DNA of 21,680 nucleotides from assembly GCA_036336835.1 (NCBI GenBank), contig JAYZFK010000028.1, positions 1 through 21,680 on the forward strand, given 5' to 3'. The position numbers were made by a program, and so were the translations under genes. Positions 1 through 7,602 of this stretch are shown in pieces. Numbering within the stretch: position 1 is the stretch's first letter; each line of letters starts with the position of its first letter. The notes under the pieces are model-generated. The model saw only the letters and a list, made by a program, of their open reading frames with translations. It had not been told where the DNA came from and did no database searches. The stretch comes from Myxococcota bacterium. Its GTDB lineage: Bacteria > Myxococcota_A > UBA9160 > UBA4427.

Positions 1-2
1 TT

Positions 3-398
3 CCGGTCGGGGTGATGATCGCACCGGTGATCCCGGGCCTGAACGATCACGAGATCCCCGCCATCCTGGCCGCCGCACGCGAGGCGGGCGCCACCTCCGC
101 GGGGCTGATCATGCTCCGGCTGCCCTACGGCCTGAAGGAGCTCTTCGGCGAGTGGCTCGAGCGCCATCGTCCGGAACGCAAGCAGCGGGTGCTGTCGCGC
201 ATCCGGGACGTGCGCAACGGAAAGCTCAACGACACCCGGTTCGGCTCGCGAATGCGCGGCGAGGGGCTGTACGCGCAGCAAATCCAGGATCTGTTCGAGA
301 TCCAGCGCCGTCGCGCCGGGCTCGGTCCGCCGCCGCGCAGCTTGTCGACCGAGCACTTCCGTCGGCCGGGCGACGCGCAGCTCGCCCTGTTCGACTAG
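3..398 (+). CDS. PA0069/Rv2578c-family radical SAM protein (SPL-like), C-terminal part, truncated at the 5' end by the window
   Basis: The frame reads PVGVMIAPVIPGLNDHEIPAILAAAREAGA...LRLP...LFGEWL...RNGKLNDTRFGSRMRGEG, which I recognise as this family's C-terminal half. It ends in QLALFD. The CxxxCxxC motif would lie outside the window. Confidence 0.85.
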   Translation, partial: PVGVMIAPVIPGLNDHEIPAILAAAREAGATSAGLIMLRLPYGLKELFGEWLERHRPERKQRVLSRIRDVRNGKLNDTRFGSRMRGEGLYAQQIQDLFEIQRRRAGLGPPPRSLSTEHFRRPGDAQLALFD

Positions 399-437
399 GC
401 GCCGGATCCGGGACTCTCCGCGTCGGGCGGCCAGCGG

Positions 438-443
438 TATCCT
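438..443 (+). promoter_or_regulatory. Putative -10 element TATCCT, leaderless arrangement
   Basis: GGTATCCT lies 7 nt upstream of ATG 451, and there is no Shine-Dalgarno sequence. Confidence 0.5.
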
Positions 444-450
444 GCGCGCC

Positions 451-2178
451 ATGCACAGCGGCAGCCAGCTCGCGGAGACGCTCGACCGCATCGACGGACG
501 TGGATACCGGGCCTACAGGGACATCGTCGGCGGCTACGCGCTCGGCGACGACGTCGCACTGCACATCGACCGCGTGCAGGGGGATCCCTTCGCGGCCCCG
601 TCGAAGGTTCGGGTGCGTATCGCAATGTCGACTGCGCGGATTCCGAAAGCTCTGTTCGCATCGCGAGTGCGCGAGATTGCTCTGCGCGACGCGCTCGCGC
701 GGGAGCTCGACGTGCGAGTCCGGCAGCATCCCGGAACGACTCCGGGAGGCGCGGGCAGCGGCAAGAGCGGCCTGGTCGCCGTCGATGCCGGTGGTCAGCA
801 GGTGCTCGAACGCAGCGCCGTCGCGCTCACGACGCAGTGGGTCGAGGCGCGCGTCGAGTTGGGTCTGCCGGCAGCGGGCCGCCGCGTGCGCGGCCGCCAG
901 GCGGAGACGCTACTGCTCGACACACTTCCGACACTCGCAGAGGACGCGCTGCGCTGGGATTCGACCGACCGCGAACGCGTGACGGCTCTGGTCGAGAGCG
1001 TCGAGCGCCAGGAGTCGATCCGCGATCAGCTCGACTCGCGTGGCCTCGTCGCATTCGTCGGCAACGGTGCGCGGCTGCCACGCGAGAGCGGCGCCAGCGA
1101 TCGGCCGATGGCCGCCGCGGACTGCGTCCCGTTCCGCTCTCCGCCGTCGCTCGAGGTCGAGATCGATGGCCAGCTCGGGATGGGCATCCCCCAGGGCGTG
1201 ACGTTGATCGTTGGCGGTGGCTATCACGGAAAGTCGACGCTGTTGCGCGCGCTCGAACGCGCGGTTCACCCGCACGTCCCGGGTGACGGCCGCGAGCTGG
1301 TCGTCTCGGCGCCCGGTCTCGTAAAGATCCGCGCAGAGGACGGCCGCTCGGTTGCGGGGGTCGATATCCACGCCTTCATTCGCGAGCTGCCGGGCGCGTC
1401 GGGCGACACACATCGCTTCTCGAGCGCAGACGCGAGCGGCAGCACCAGTCAGGCGGCCAACATCGTGGAAGCCATCGAGGCGGGAGCCACCGGAATCCTG
1501 CTCGACGAGGACACCTCAGCGACCAACTTCATGGTCCGCGATGCGCGGATGCAAGCGCTGGTGGCGCACGAGGCCGAGCCCATTACCCCCTTCGTCGACC
1601 GCGTGCGCGAGCTGTGGAAGCAGCTCGGCGTCTCGACCGTACTCGTCATGGGTGGCTGCGGCGACTACTTCGACGCAGCCGACACGGTGATCCGGCTGCG
1701 CGACTACGCGGTCGACGACGCGAGCGAGGCAGCGAGGAAGGTTGCCGCAGCCCATCCAACGGCTCGGGCTCGCGGCGCAGTCGGGCCGCTCGCACGGCCC
1801 CGCCCGCGCACCCCGCTCGCCCGCAGCTTCGACGCGTCGCGCGGGCGGCACGCGGTCAAGATCGCCGCGAAGGCCCGAGATGCGCTCGAATACGGCGCTC
1901 TGCGGGTCGATCTGCGCGGCCTCGAGCAGCTGGTCGAGATCAGCCAGACGCGCGCGGTCGGTCACGCGATCCATTGGCTCGCACGAGAGCTGGCGCGCGA
2001 ATCGCGGCCGCTGCCCGAGCTACTCGACGCACTCGTGGCCTTCCTCGACCGCGAGGGGCTCGACCCGCTGGATCCGACCCACCGACCCGAGCAGCACCCG
2101 GGAAACCTCGCGCGTCCGCGACGCTACGAGGTCGCAGCAGCGATCAACCGGATGCGCAGCTTGCGCGTGGCGAGGTAG
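451..2178 (+). CDS. ABC-class ATPase of the COG3044/PF09818 family (soluble, non-transporter)
   Basis: 575 aa. Walker A GGGYHGKST, IRAEDGR, DASGSTSQAA, Walker B ILLDEDTSATNFMVRD, EPITPF, N-terminal VQGDPFAAPS and C-terminal RPRRYEVAAAINRMR. No transmembrane segments. Confidence 0.9.
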   Translation: MHSGSQLAETLDRIDGRGYRAYRDIVGGYALGDDVALHIDRVQGDPFAAPSKVRVRIAMSTARIPKALFASRVREIALRDALARELDVRVRQHPGTTPGGAGSGKSGLVAVDAGGQQVLERSAVALTTQWVEARVELGLPAAGRRVRGRQAETLLLDTLPTLAEDALRWDSTDRERVTALVESVERQESIRDQLDSRGLVAFVGNGARLPRESGASDRPMAAADCVPFRSPPSLEVEIDGQLGMGIPQGVTLIVGGGYHGKSTLLRALERAVHPHVPGDGRELVVSAPGLVKIRAEDGRSVAGVDIHAFIRELPGASGDTHRFSSADASGSTSQAANIVEAIEAGATGILLDEDTSATNFMVRDARMQALVAHEAEPITPFVDRVRELWKQLGVSTVLVMGGCGDYFDAADTVIRLRDYAVDDASEAARKVAAAHPTARARGAVGPLARPRPRTPLARSFDASRGRHAVKIAAKARDALEYGALRVDLRGLEQLVEISQTRAVGHAIHWLARELARESRPLPELLDALVAFLDREGLDPLDPTHRPEQHPGNLARPRRYEVAAAINRMRSLRVAR

Positions 2179-2189
2179 CGCGCGCTACC
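2174..2189. terminator. Perfect 16-bp palindrome at a convergent gene junction, possible U-less terminator
   Basis: GGTAGCGCGCGCTACC is its own reverse complement and contains the TAG stop at 2176-2178. There is no U-tract. Confidence 0.4.
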
Positions 2190-2192
2190 CGG

Positions 2193-3263
2193 CTACCACG
2201 AGGCGATCTCGGCAGCGCGTTCGCGATGCACAGAAGGCGTCCCGAGGAACGCCCGGTCGAACATCGCGCGCTTGAACCAGATCTGGACCTCGCACTCCCA
2301 GGTGAAGCCGTAGCCGCCGTGGACCTCGACGGTGTCGCGGGCCGCGTGCATGAAGCGATCGGTCAGGTGCGCTTTCGCGAGCGCGGCTGTCCGTGGAGCC
2401 TCATCGGGCAGGTGATCGTAGGCGTGCGCTGCGTACCAGTAGAGCGCTCTCGCGGGCTCGACGTCGACGGCCAGGTTGGCGAGCTGGTGCTTGAGCGCCT
2501 GGAAGTGGCCGATCGTCACCCCGAACTGCTCGCGGCTCTGGGCGTACGCGACCGCCATCTCGACACAGCGCGAGGCACCACCGAAGGCATCGGCGGCAAG
2601 CAGGATCAGCGCGAGATCGCGCACGCGCGCCGACGCGTCCGCTCCCCCCGCGAGCTCCTCGGCCGCCGCCGACTCGAATGTCAGCTCGGCCAGCCGACGG
2701 GTCCGGTCCGCTCCCTCGTACGGCTCGGCCGCGACGGCGCCGCGCCCTTCCACCACCGCGAGTCCACCCCCCTCGGTCCCGACGACGATCAGGTCCGCCA
2801 CTTCGCCATAGGGAACGTGCCGCTTGCACCCGGAGAGGCTGCTCCCTCCCGGGAACGTCCAGTCCCCGGGTTGCCAGCCCGACTCCTCGGCGAGAGCCAC
2901 CGTTCCGAGCAACTCGCCCGCGGCGAGCGCCGGGAGCCAACGCTCGCGCTGAGCCTCGCTGCCGGCCAAACCGATCGCTGCCGCGGCGAGCGAATGGCCG
3001 AGGAACGGCCCCGGCGCCGCGGCGTACCCCAGCACCTCGGCTGCAACCGCAAGATCGAACGCCTCCAACCCGACGCCGCCGTACTGCTCTTCGACCTGGA
3101 TACCACCGAGTCCGATCTCGACCATGCCCTTCCACAGCGATGGATCGAAGGGCTCGTCGCCGTCACAGATCTCGCGTAGACGCGTGACTGGACACTCCGC
3201 TTCGAGGAAACTGCGAATCGTCTGCTGCAGCAGCTCCTGCTCGTCCGAGAGCTCGAACTTCAC
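2193..3263 (-). CDS. Acyl-CoA dehydrogenase family protein, short partner subunit of a FadE-type heteromer
   Basis: GTG start at 3263 overlaps the upstream TGA (GTGA). 356 aa: MKFELSDEQELL..., REQFGVTIGHFQALKHQLA, VEVHGGYGFTWE. Confidence 0.9.
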   Translation of the reverse strand: MKFELSDEQELLQQTIRSFLEAECPVTRLREICDGDEPFDPSLWKGMVEIGLGGIQVEEQYGGVGLEAFDLAVAAEVLGYAAAPGPFLGHSLAAAAIGLAGSEAQRERWLPALAAGELLGTVALAEESGWQPGDWTFPGGSSLSGCKRHVPYGEVADLIVVGTEGGGLAVVEGRGAVAAEPYEGADRTRRLAELTFESAAAEELAGGADASARVRDLALILLAADAFGGASRCVEMAVAYAQSREQFGVTIGHFQALKHQLANLAVDVEPARALYWYAAHAYDHLPDEAPRTAALAKAHLTDRFMHAARDTVEVHGGYGFTWECEVQIWFKRAMFDRAFLGTPSVHRERAAEIASW

Positions 3264-4456
3264 TTCGATGTACTCCTGTCCGCCGCGGCGTCGCGCGGCA
3301 GTCCTAGCCCGCGCTCCGCAATCACGTTGCGCTGGATGTTGGCCGTCCCGCCGGCGATGGCCACACCCAGCGAGTACATGAACTGCCCGACCCACGCTCC
3401 GTGGTTGCTTGGCGCGTGCTGCGCGACGCGTCGGCCCGGCGCCTGCAACCCGTCGTCGCCGAGCAGCTCGATCGCCAGATTCGCGAACGAGTGCCCGATA
3501 TTGGTCGAGTGCAGCTTGGTCATCATCTGGATGATGCCCGCCTGTTTGCCCTGGCTGTCGGCCGAGAGCTGGCGATAGCCAGAATACTCGTGGGCCAGCA
3601 CATAGCCCTCGATCTCGGTCAACCGCTGGCGCACCGACGCGTCCCCCAGCCTCCCGCGCTCCCGGGCGAGATCGACGAGCGAGTCGAACTGGCCGCGCAC
3701 CATCGCGGCGTTGCCGATCGAGTTGCGCTCGTGCTTGAGCGTCGTGCGCGAGACCTTCCAGCCCTCTCCGCGTTCGCCGACGATCCAGTTCTTCGGGGTC
3801 CGCGCATCGCTGAAGAACACCTCATTGAAGTCCGCCGATCCGGTCATCATCCTCAGCGGCCGGACATCGATGCCGGGCTGCTTCATGTCGATCAGCAAAT
3901 AGGAGATCCCCGCGTGCTTGCCGGCATCGGGCTCGGTGCGCACGAGCGCGAACATGAAGTCGGCCGCGTGTGCCCCGCTCGTCCAGATCTTCTGGCCGTT
4001 GATCGCCCACTCGTCACCGACGAGCTCACCGCGCGTGCTGAGCGACGCCAGATCGCTCCCGGACCCGGGCTCGCTGTAGCCCTGACACCAGATCGTCTCG
4101 CCGAGAACTGTGCTCTCGACCCACTTCTCCTTCATCCACTCCTCGCCGCGCTCGAGCAGTGTCGGGACGAGCATCATCGTGCCGATGCCCGGCTGCTCCA
4201 TCGGCGCCCAGGCCCGCCGGAATTCCTCGCGGATGATCTGCGCGGCCAGCGGATCGGCGGCCCGTTCGGCGCCGCCGTAGCGCTTCGGGATGGATCGGGC
4301 GAGATAGCCCGCCCCGATCGCGCGTCGGCGAAAGCCGACGGCTTGCGCGGCGAGGTCGCCACCCTCGGCCCCCTCCTCGGGCGGCCAGTTGGCAGCCAGG
4401 AAGGCCTTCACCTCGCCGCGGAGATCGTTGTATTCGGGCCCGTAACTCAGATCCAT
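3260..4456 (-). CDS. Acyl-CoA dehydrogenase, probable catalytic subunit of a FadE-type heteromer
   Basis: 398 aa. WCQGYSEPGSGSDLASL, INGQKIWTS, FNEVFF, LKHER, IAGGTANIQRNVIAERGLGLPR. GAGGAG RBS upstream. Confidence 0.92.
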   Translation of the reverse strand: MDLSYGPEYNDLRGEVKAFLAANWPPEEGAEGGDLAAQAVGFRRRAIGAGYLARSIPKRYGGAERAADPLAAQIIREEFRRAWAPMEQPGIGTMMLVPTLLERGEEWMKEKWVESTVLGETIWCQGYSEPGSGSDLASLSTRGELVGDEWAINGQKIWTSGAHAADFMFALVRTEPDAGKHAGISYLLIDMKQPGIDVRPLRMMTGSADFNEVFFSDARTPKNWIVGERGEGWKVSRTTLKHERNSIGNAAMVRGQFDSLVDLARERGRLGDASVRQRLTEIEGYVLAHEYSGYRQLSADSQGKQAGIIQMMTKLHSTNIGHSFANLAIELLGDDGLQAPGRRVAQHAPSNHGAWVGQFMYSLGVAIAGGTANIQRNVIAERGLGLPRDAAADRSTSK

Positions 4457-4494
4457 GTCAGCACTCTCTCCTCGTGTCGATGCTCGGGGCGAAC

Positions 4495-6099
4495 TCAGCG
4501 CGCTTCACGGAAACGATCGCGGAGCAGCCTGCGATAGATCTTGCCATTCTCGAGGCGCGGCAGCTCGTTTTCGAAGACGAAGCGTCGCGGACACTTGAAC
4601 CCCGCCAGCTCGCTCTCGCACAGTCGGGCGAGCTCGGAGAGCATGTCGTCGCCGGCGACATAGCCGTCGGCGAGCTCGATCACCGAAACGACCTGCTCGC
4701 CCCACTCGTCGTCGGGTGCACCGACCGTGGCGGCATCCGCGACGGCCGGGTGCGTGATGAGCACTGCGTCGATCTCCGCGGGGTAGACATTGACGCCGCC
4801 GGAGTTGATCACGTCGGCGCTGCGATCGCAGAGATAGAGATAGCCGTCGGCGTCGAGCATTCCGATGTCGCCGAGCGTGAAATAGCGCCCGGAATACGCG
4901 GCGCGGGTCATGGGCTCGTCGCGGTAGTACTCGAAGCGCCCGCCTTCGGGGGCGCGCAGGTAGACGATGCCCTCGCGTCCGGGTGAAAGCGACTTGCCCT
5001 CGAGGTCGCGTACCTCGACGTCACCGGCAGCGGGACGACCAACCGTTCCGGGACGCTCGGTCCACTCGTCGGCGGTCGCGAAGCAGCCCCAGCCCTCGGT
5101 CGCAGCGTAGTACTCGAACACGACCGGCCCGAGCCACTCGATGATGCGTCGTTTGACGCTCAGCGGGCACGGCGCCGCGCCGTGCAGCACGACGCGGAGC
5201 GAGCGCGTGTCCCAGCCTGCGCGGACGTCGGAGGGTAGCTCGAGCAGCCGGCGGAACATGACCGGCACCATGTGCGTATGTGTGACGCGGTAGGAGGCGA
5301 TCAGGCGCAGCGCGTGCTCGGCGTCCCAACCATCCATCAATACGACCGGCACGCCGAGCCCGAGCGGGATTGCGAGCGAGAACACGAGGGGCGCTGCGTG
5401 GTGCAGCGGGCCGGTGCACAGGTGGACGTCCGTCGCGGGGTCGTAGCGTTGCGAGCGGATCGCCGCGGCAAGGCCTGGCTGGTGCAGCGCGCCGCCGGGC
5501 GGACGGTACACGCCCTTCGGACGCCCCGTCGTTCCCGACGTATACGGCATCTGCGAGCCGAGAACGGGATCTTCGATGTCGTGGGATTCCTCGGCCTCGA
5601 GCACCTCGTCCCACGGCTCGAAACCGGTCGCAGGATCCCCGATTCCGAGGCGAACCAAGACGCCGGGCAGTTCGCGCACGGCGTCGGCGGCCGCGCGCGC
5701 AAAGCGCCCATCCGCCAGCAGGGCCTTGGCACGGCAATCCTCGACGATGTGGCGAATCTCGCCCATGCGAAGACCGGTGTTGACCGGCGTCAGACGCATG
5801 CCCGACCGCAACGACGCCAGGAAGGCAACCACGAACTCGGGTCGATTGGCACACAAGAGCGCGACGCCGTCGCCCTCGGAGAGTCCGCGGCGACGGAGCG
5901 CTCGGACCAGCTGATTCACCCGGGCATTCAGGACCGCGAAGCTGCGGTCACCGTGCGGGGAGGCGATGGCCAGGCGGTCGGGGGTCGCACGGGCGGTCAG
6001 GGCGACGGCCATGCCGCGGAGCACCGCCTGCTCGGCGGTCAGCGTCGAGCCCCGCCCCAAGGGCGACTCGCTGGTCGCGCTGTCACTCGGTGTCCCCAC
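4495..6099 (-). CDS. Acyl-CoA synthetase (AMP-binding, long-chain fatty acid-CoA ligase-like)
   Basis: YTSGTTGRPKG P-loop, EYYAATE, TLGDIG, DRSADVINSGGVNVYPAEI, NGKI. The start may be GTG 6099 or ATG 6012. Confidence 0.92.
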   Translation of the reverse strand: MGTPSDSATSESPLGRGSTLTAEQAVLRGMAVALTARATPDRLAIASPHGDRSFAVLNARVNQLVRALRRRGLSEGDGVALLCANRPEFVVAFLASLRSGMRLTPVNTGLRMGEIRHIVEDCRAKALLADGRFARAAADAVRELPGVLVRLGIGDPATGFEPWDEVLEAEESHDIEDPVLGSQMPYTSGTTGRPKGVYRPPGGALHQPGLAAAIRSQRYDPATDVHLCTGPLHHAAPLVFSLAIPLGLGVPVVLMDGWDAEHALRLIASYRVTHTHMVPVMFRRLLELPSDVRAGWDTRSLRVVLHGAAPCPLSVKRRIIEWLGPVVFEYYAATEGWGCFATADEWTERPGTVGRPAAGDVEVRDLEGKSLSPGREGIVYLRAPEGGRFEYYRDEPMTRAAYSGRYFTLGDIGMLDADGYLYLCDRSADVINSGGVNVYPAEIDAVLITHPAVADAATVGAPDDEWGEQVVSVIELADGYVAGDDMLSELARLCESELAGFKCPRRFVFENELPRLENGKIYRRLLRDRFREAR

Positions 6100-6105
6100 G
6101 CCTCC

Positions 6106-6111
6106 ATTCTA
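6106..6111 (-). promoter_or_regulatory. Putative -10 element TAGAAT
   Basis: The minus strand reads GGTAGAAT-GGAGGC-GTG(6099), a 6-nt spacer that fits leaderless initiation. Confidence 0.55.
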
Positions 6112-6185
6112 CCGCCGCCGCCCGGCCCCGGCGGATCCAATCCTCGACCCGGGTTCAGTCCGAGGCCGAACCGGCCGACAAATGC

Positions 6186-6215
6186 AGAGTCGTGCTCGAT
6201 TCGGCGCACGGCTCT
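6186..6215 (+). promoter_or_regulatory. Stem-loop in the leader of the amino-acid dehydrogenase gene
   Basis: AGAGTCGTGC (6186-6195) pairs with GCACGGCTCT (6206-6215) with one G:U pair, about 12 nt upstream of the GGAGG RBS. Confidence 0.35.
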
Positions 6216-6238
6216 CGTGGCGCCAACGGAGGATCCTC

Positions 6239-7564
6239 GTGGCGGTCAACTGGCTCGGTCTCGCCCCGGAAGCGGTCGCACGCCAGCTACGCGATGCCGG
6301 CGTGCGGCGCGCGTGGATCGCCTGGGACGAGGAGGCGGGCGAGGTCCGCGCCTCCCACGCCACCCTCGAGCCGATCGCCGCCGCTCTCGGAGCCGGCGCG
6401 CTCGACTACCGCCGGCACGAGGCGCTGTTCCTCGCCCCGGCCCCGAACGGTGACGAGCTGTTCGGCGTGTTCATCCACTCGAGCCTGCGCGGCCAGGCCC
6501 AGGGCGGACTTCGCCACTGGCCCTACCCAACGCTCGAGGAGTTCCTGCGCGACGGGCTGCGCCTCTCGCTCGGCATGGCCCGCAAGTCCGCACTCGCCGG
6601 ACTCTGGTGGGGAGGCGGCAAGGGGATCATTGCGCGCTCGCCGGGCGAGATCTGGCGCGACCGCGCGCATCGGCACGCCGTCTACCAGGACTTCGCGCGC
6701 TTCGTCACGAGCCTGCGCGGTTGCTACGTCACGGCCGAGGATGCGGGAACCGGGCCTCTGGACATGGCCGAGATTGCGACGCACACGCGCTTTGCGACCT
6801 GCGTGCCGCCCGAGATCGGCGGCTCCGGAAACCCGTCGGCCATGACGGCCCTCGGCGTGGTCGAAGCGATGGAGGCCGCGCTCGACCATTGCGGCATGGG
6901 ATCGCTGGCCGACAAGAGCGTGGCGATGCAGGGCGCTGGACACGTCGGATCGTCGATGCTCGAGCAACTGTTCGACAAGGGCGTTGCTTCCGTCGTGGTG
7001 AGCGACCTGTCCGCCGACCGCTGCGAATCGCTGCGCAGCTTCTTCGAGAATCGACCGATCGAGGTACGAGTCGCGCTCCCCGGCGACGATTCGATCCTGG
7101 CCGAGCGGTGCGACGTCCTCGTCCCGAACGCGCTCGGGGGCATCCTGTCACCCAAGACCATCCCGCAGATCCAGGCGGCGATCGTCTGCGGCGCCGCCAA
7201 CAACCAGCTCGAGAACGAGGTGCGAGACGCCGCCGCACTGCACGAGTGCGGCATCCTCTACGTGCCCGACTACCTCGCGAACCGGATGGGCATCGTGGCA
7301 TGCTGCGACGAGCACGCTGGCAGCCTGCCGAGGGACCCCGCCATCCTCGCCCACCTCGACCGGACCAACGCGATCTCCATCTACCGGGCCACCCAGCGCG
7401 TCCTCGCCCGCGCCGCGCAGCGCGACGAATCCCCCGCGTACTCTGCCAACCACCTTGCCGACCGAGCCATCCCGGAGCCCCACCCCATCCACGGAAACCG
7501 AGCCCAACGCATCATCCAATCCCTCCTGGGGACCGAGAGCCGAACTGGGACGGGAATCGGCTGA
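6239..7564 (+). CDS. Glu/Leu/Phe/Val dehydrogenase family protein (LeuDH-like, divergent)
   Basis: AQGGLR, GMARK, WWGGGKG (catalytic Lys), TAEDAG, GSGNPS, QGAGHVG Rossmann motif, CGAANNQL, PDYLAN. GTG 6239 is preceded by GGAGG at 6228-6232. Confidence 0.88.
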   Translation: MAVNWLGLAPEAVARQLRDAGVRRAWIAWDEEAGEVRASHATLEPIAAALGAGALDYRRHEALFLAPAPNGDELFGVFIHSSLRGQAQGGLRHWPYPTLEEFLRDGLRLSLGMARKSALAGLWWGGGKGIIARSPGEIWRDRAHRHAVYQDFARFVTSLRGCYVTAEDAGTGPLDMAEIATHTRFATCVPPEIGGSGNPSAMTALGVVEAMEAALDHCGMGSLADKSVAMQGAGHVGSSMLEQLFDKGVASVVVSDLSADRCESLRSFFENRPIEVRVALPGDDSILAERCDVLVPNALGGILSPKTIPQIQAAIVCGAANNQLENEVRDAAALHECGILYVPDYLANRMGIVACCDEHAGSLPRDPAILAHLDRTNAISIYRATQRVLARAAQRDESPAYSANHLADRAIPEPHPIHGNRAQRIIQSLLGTESRTGTGIG

Positions 7565-7584
7565 TCGTACTTTGATCCGCCGGG

Positions 7585-7602
7585 GAGTCGATGGCTCGAC
7601 TC
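7585..7602. terminator. Hairpin at a convergent junction
   Basis: GAGTCGA-TGGC-TCGACTC forms a 7-bp stem touching the sucA stop. There is no U-tract. Confidence 0.35.

Noticed and set aside
451..2178. ATPase as a transporter subunit or anti-phage defence effector
   Set aside because: There is no permease, nuclease, TOPRIM or other defence partner nearby, and the context is housekeeping.
1614..3179. 521-aa plus-strand ORF and the many other Arg/Ala/Pro-rich alternative-frame ORFs in the track
   Set aside because: They overlap well-supported genes and have the low-complexity composition typical of GC-rich off-frames.
3264..3395. N-terminal extension of the second acyl-CoA dehydrogenase
   Set aside because: It overlaps the upstream ACAD. 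The GTGA-coupled start gives the typical MxFxLSxEQ N-terminus.
5966..6238. N-terminal extension of the dehydrogenase ORF
   Set aside because: It overlaps the divergent synthetase gene and its promoter. GTG 6239 has a clear GGAGG RBS.
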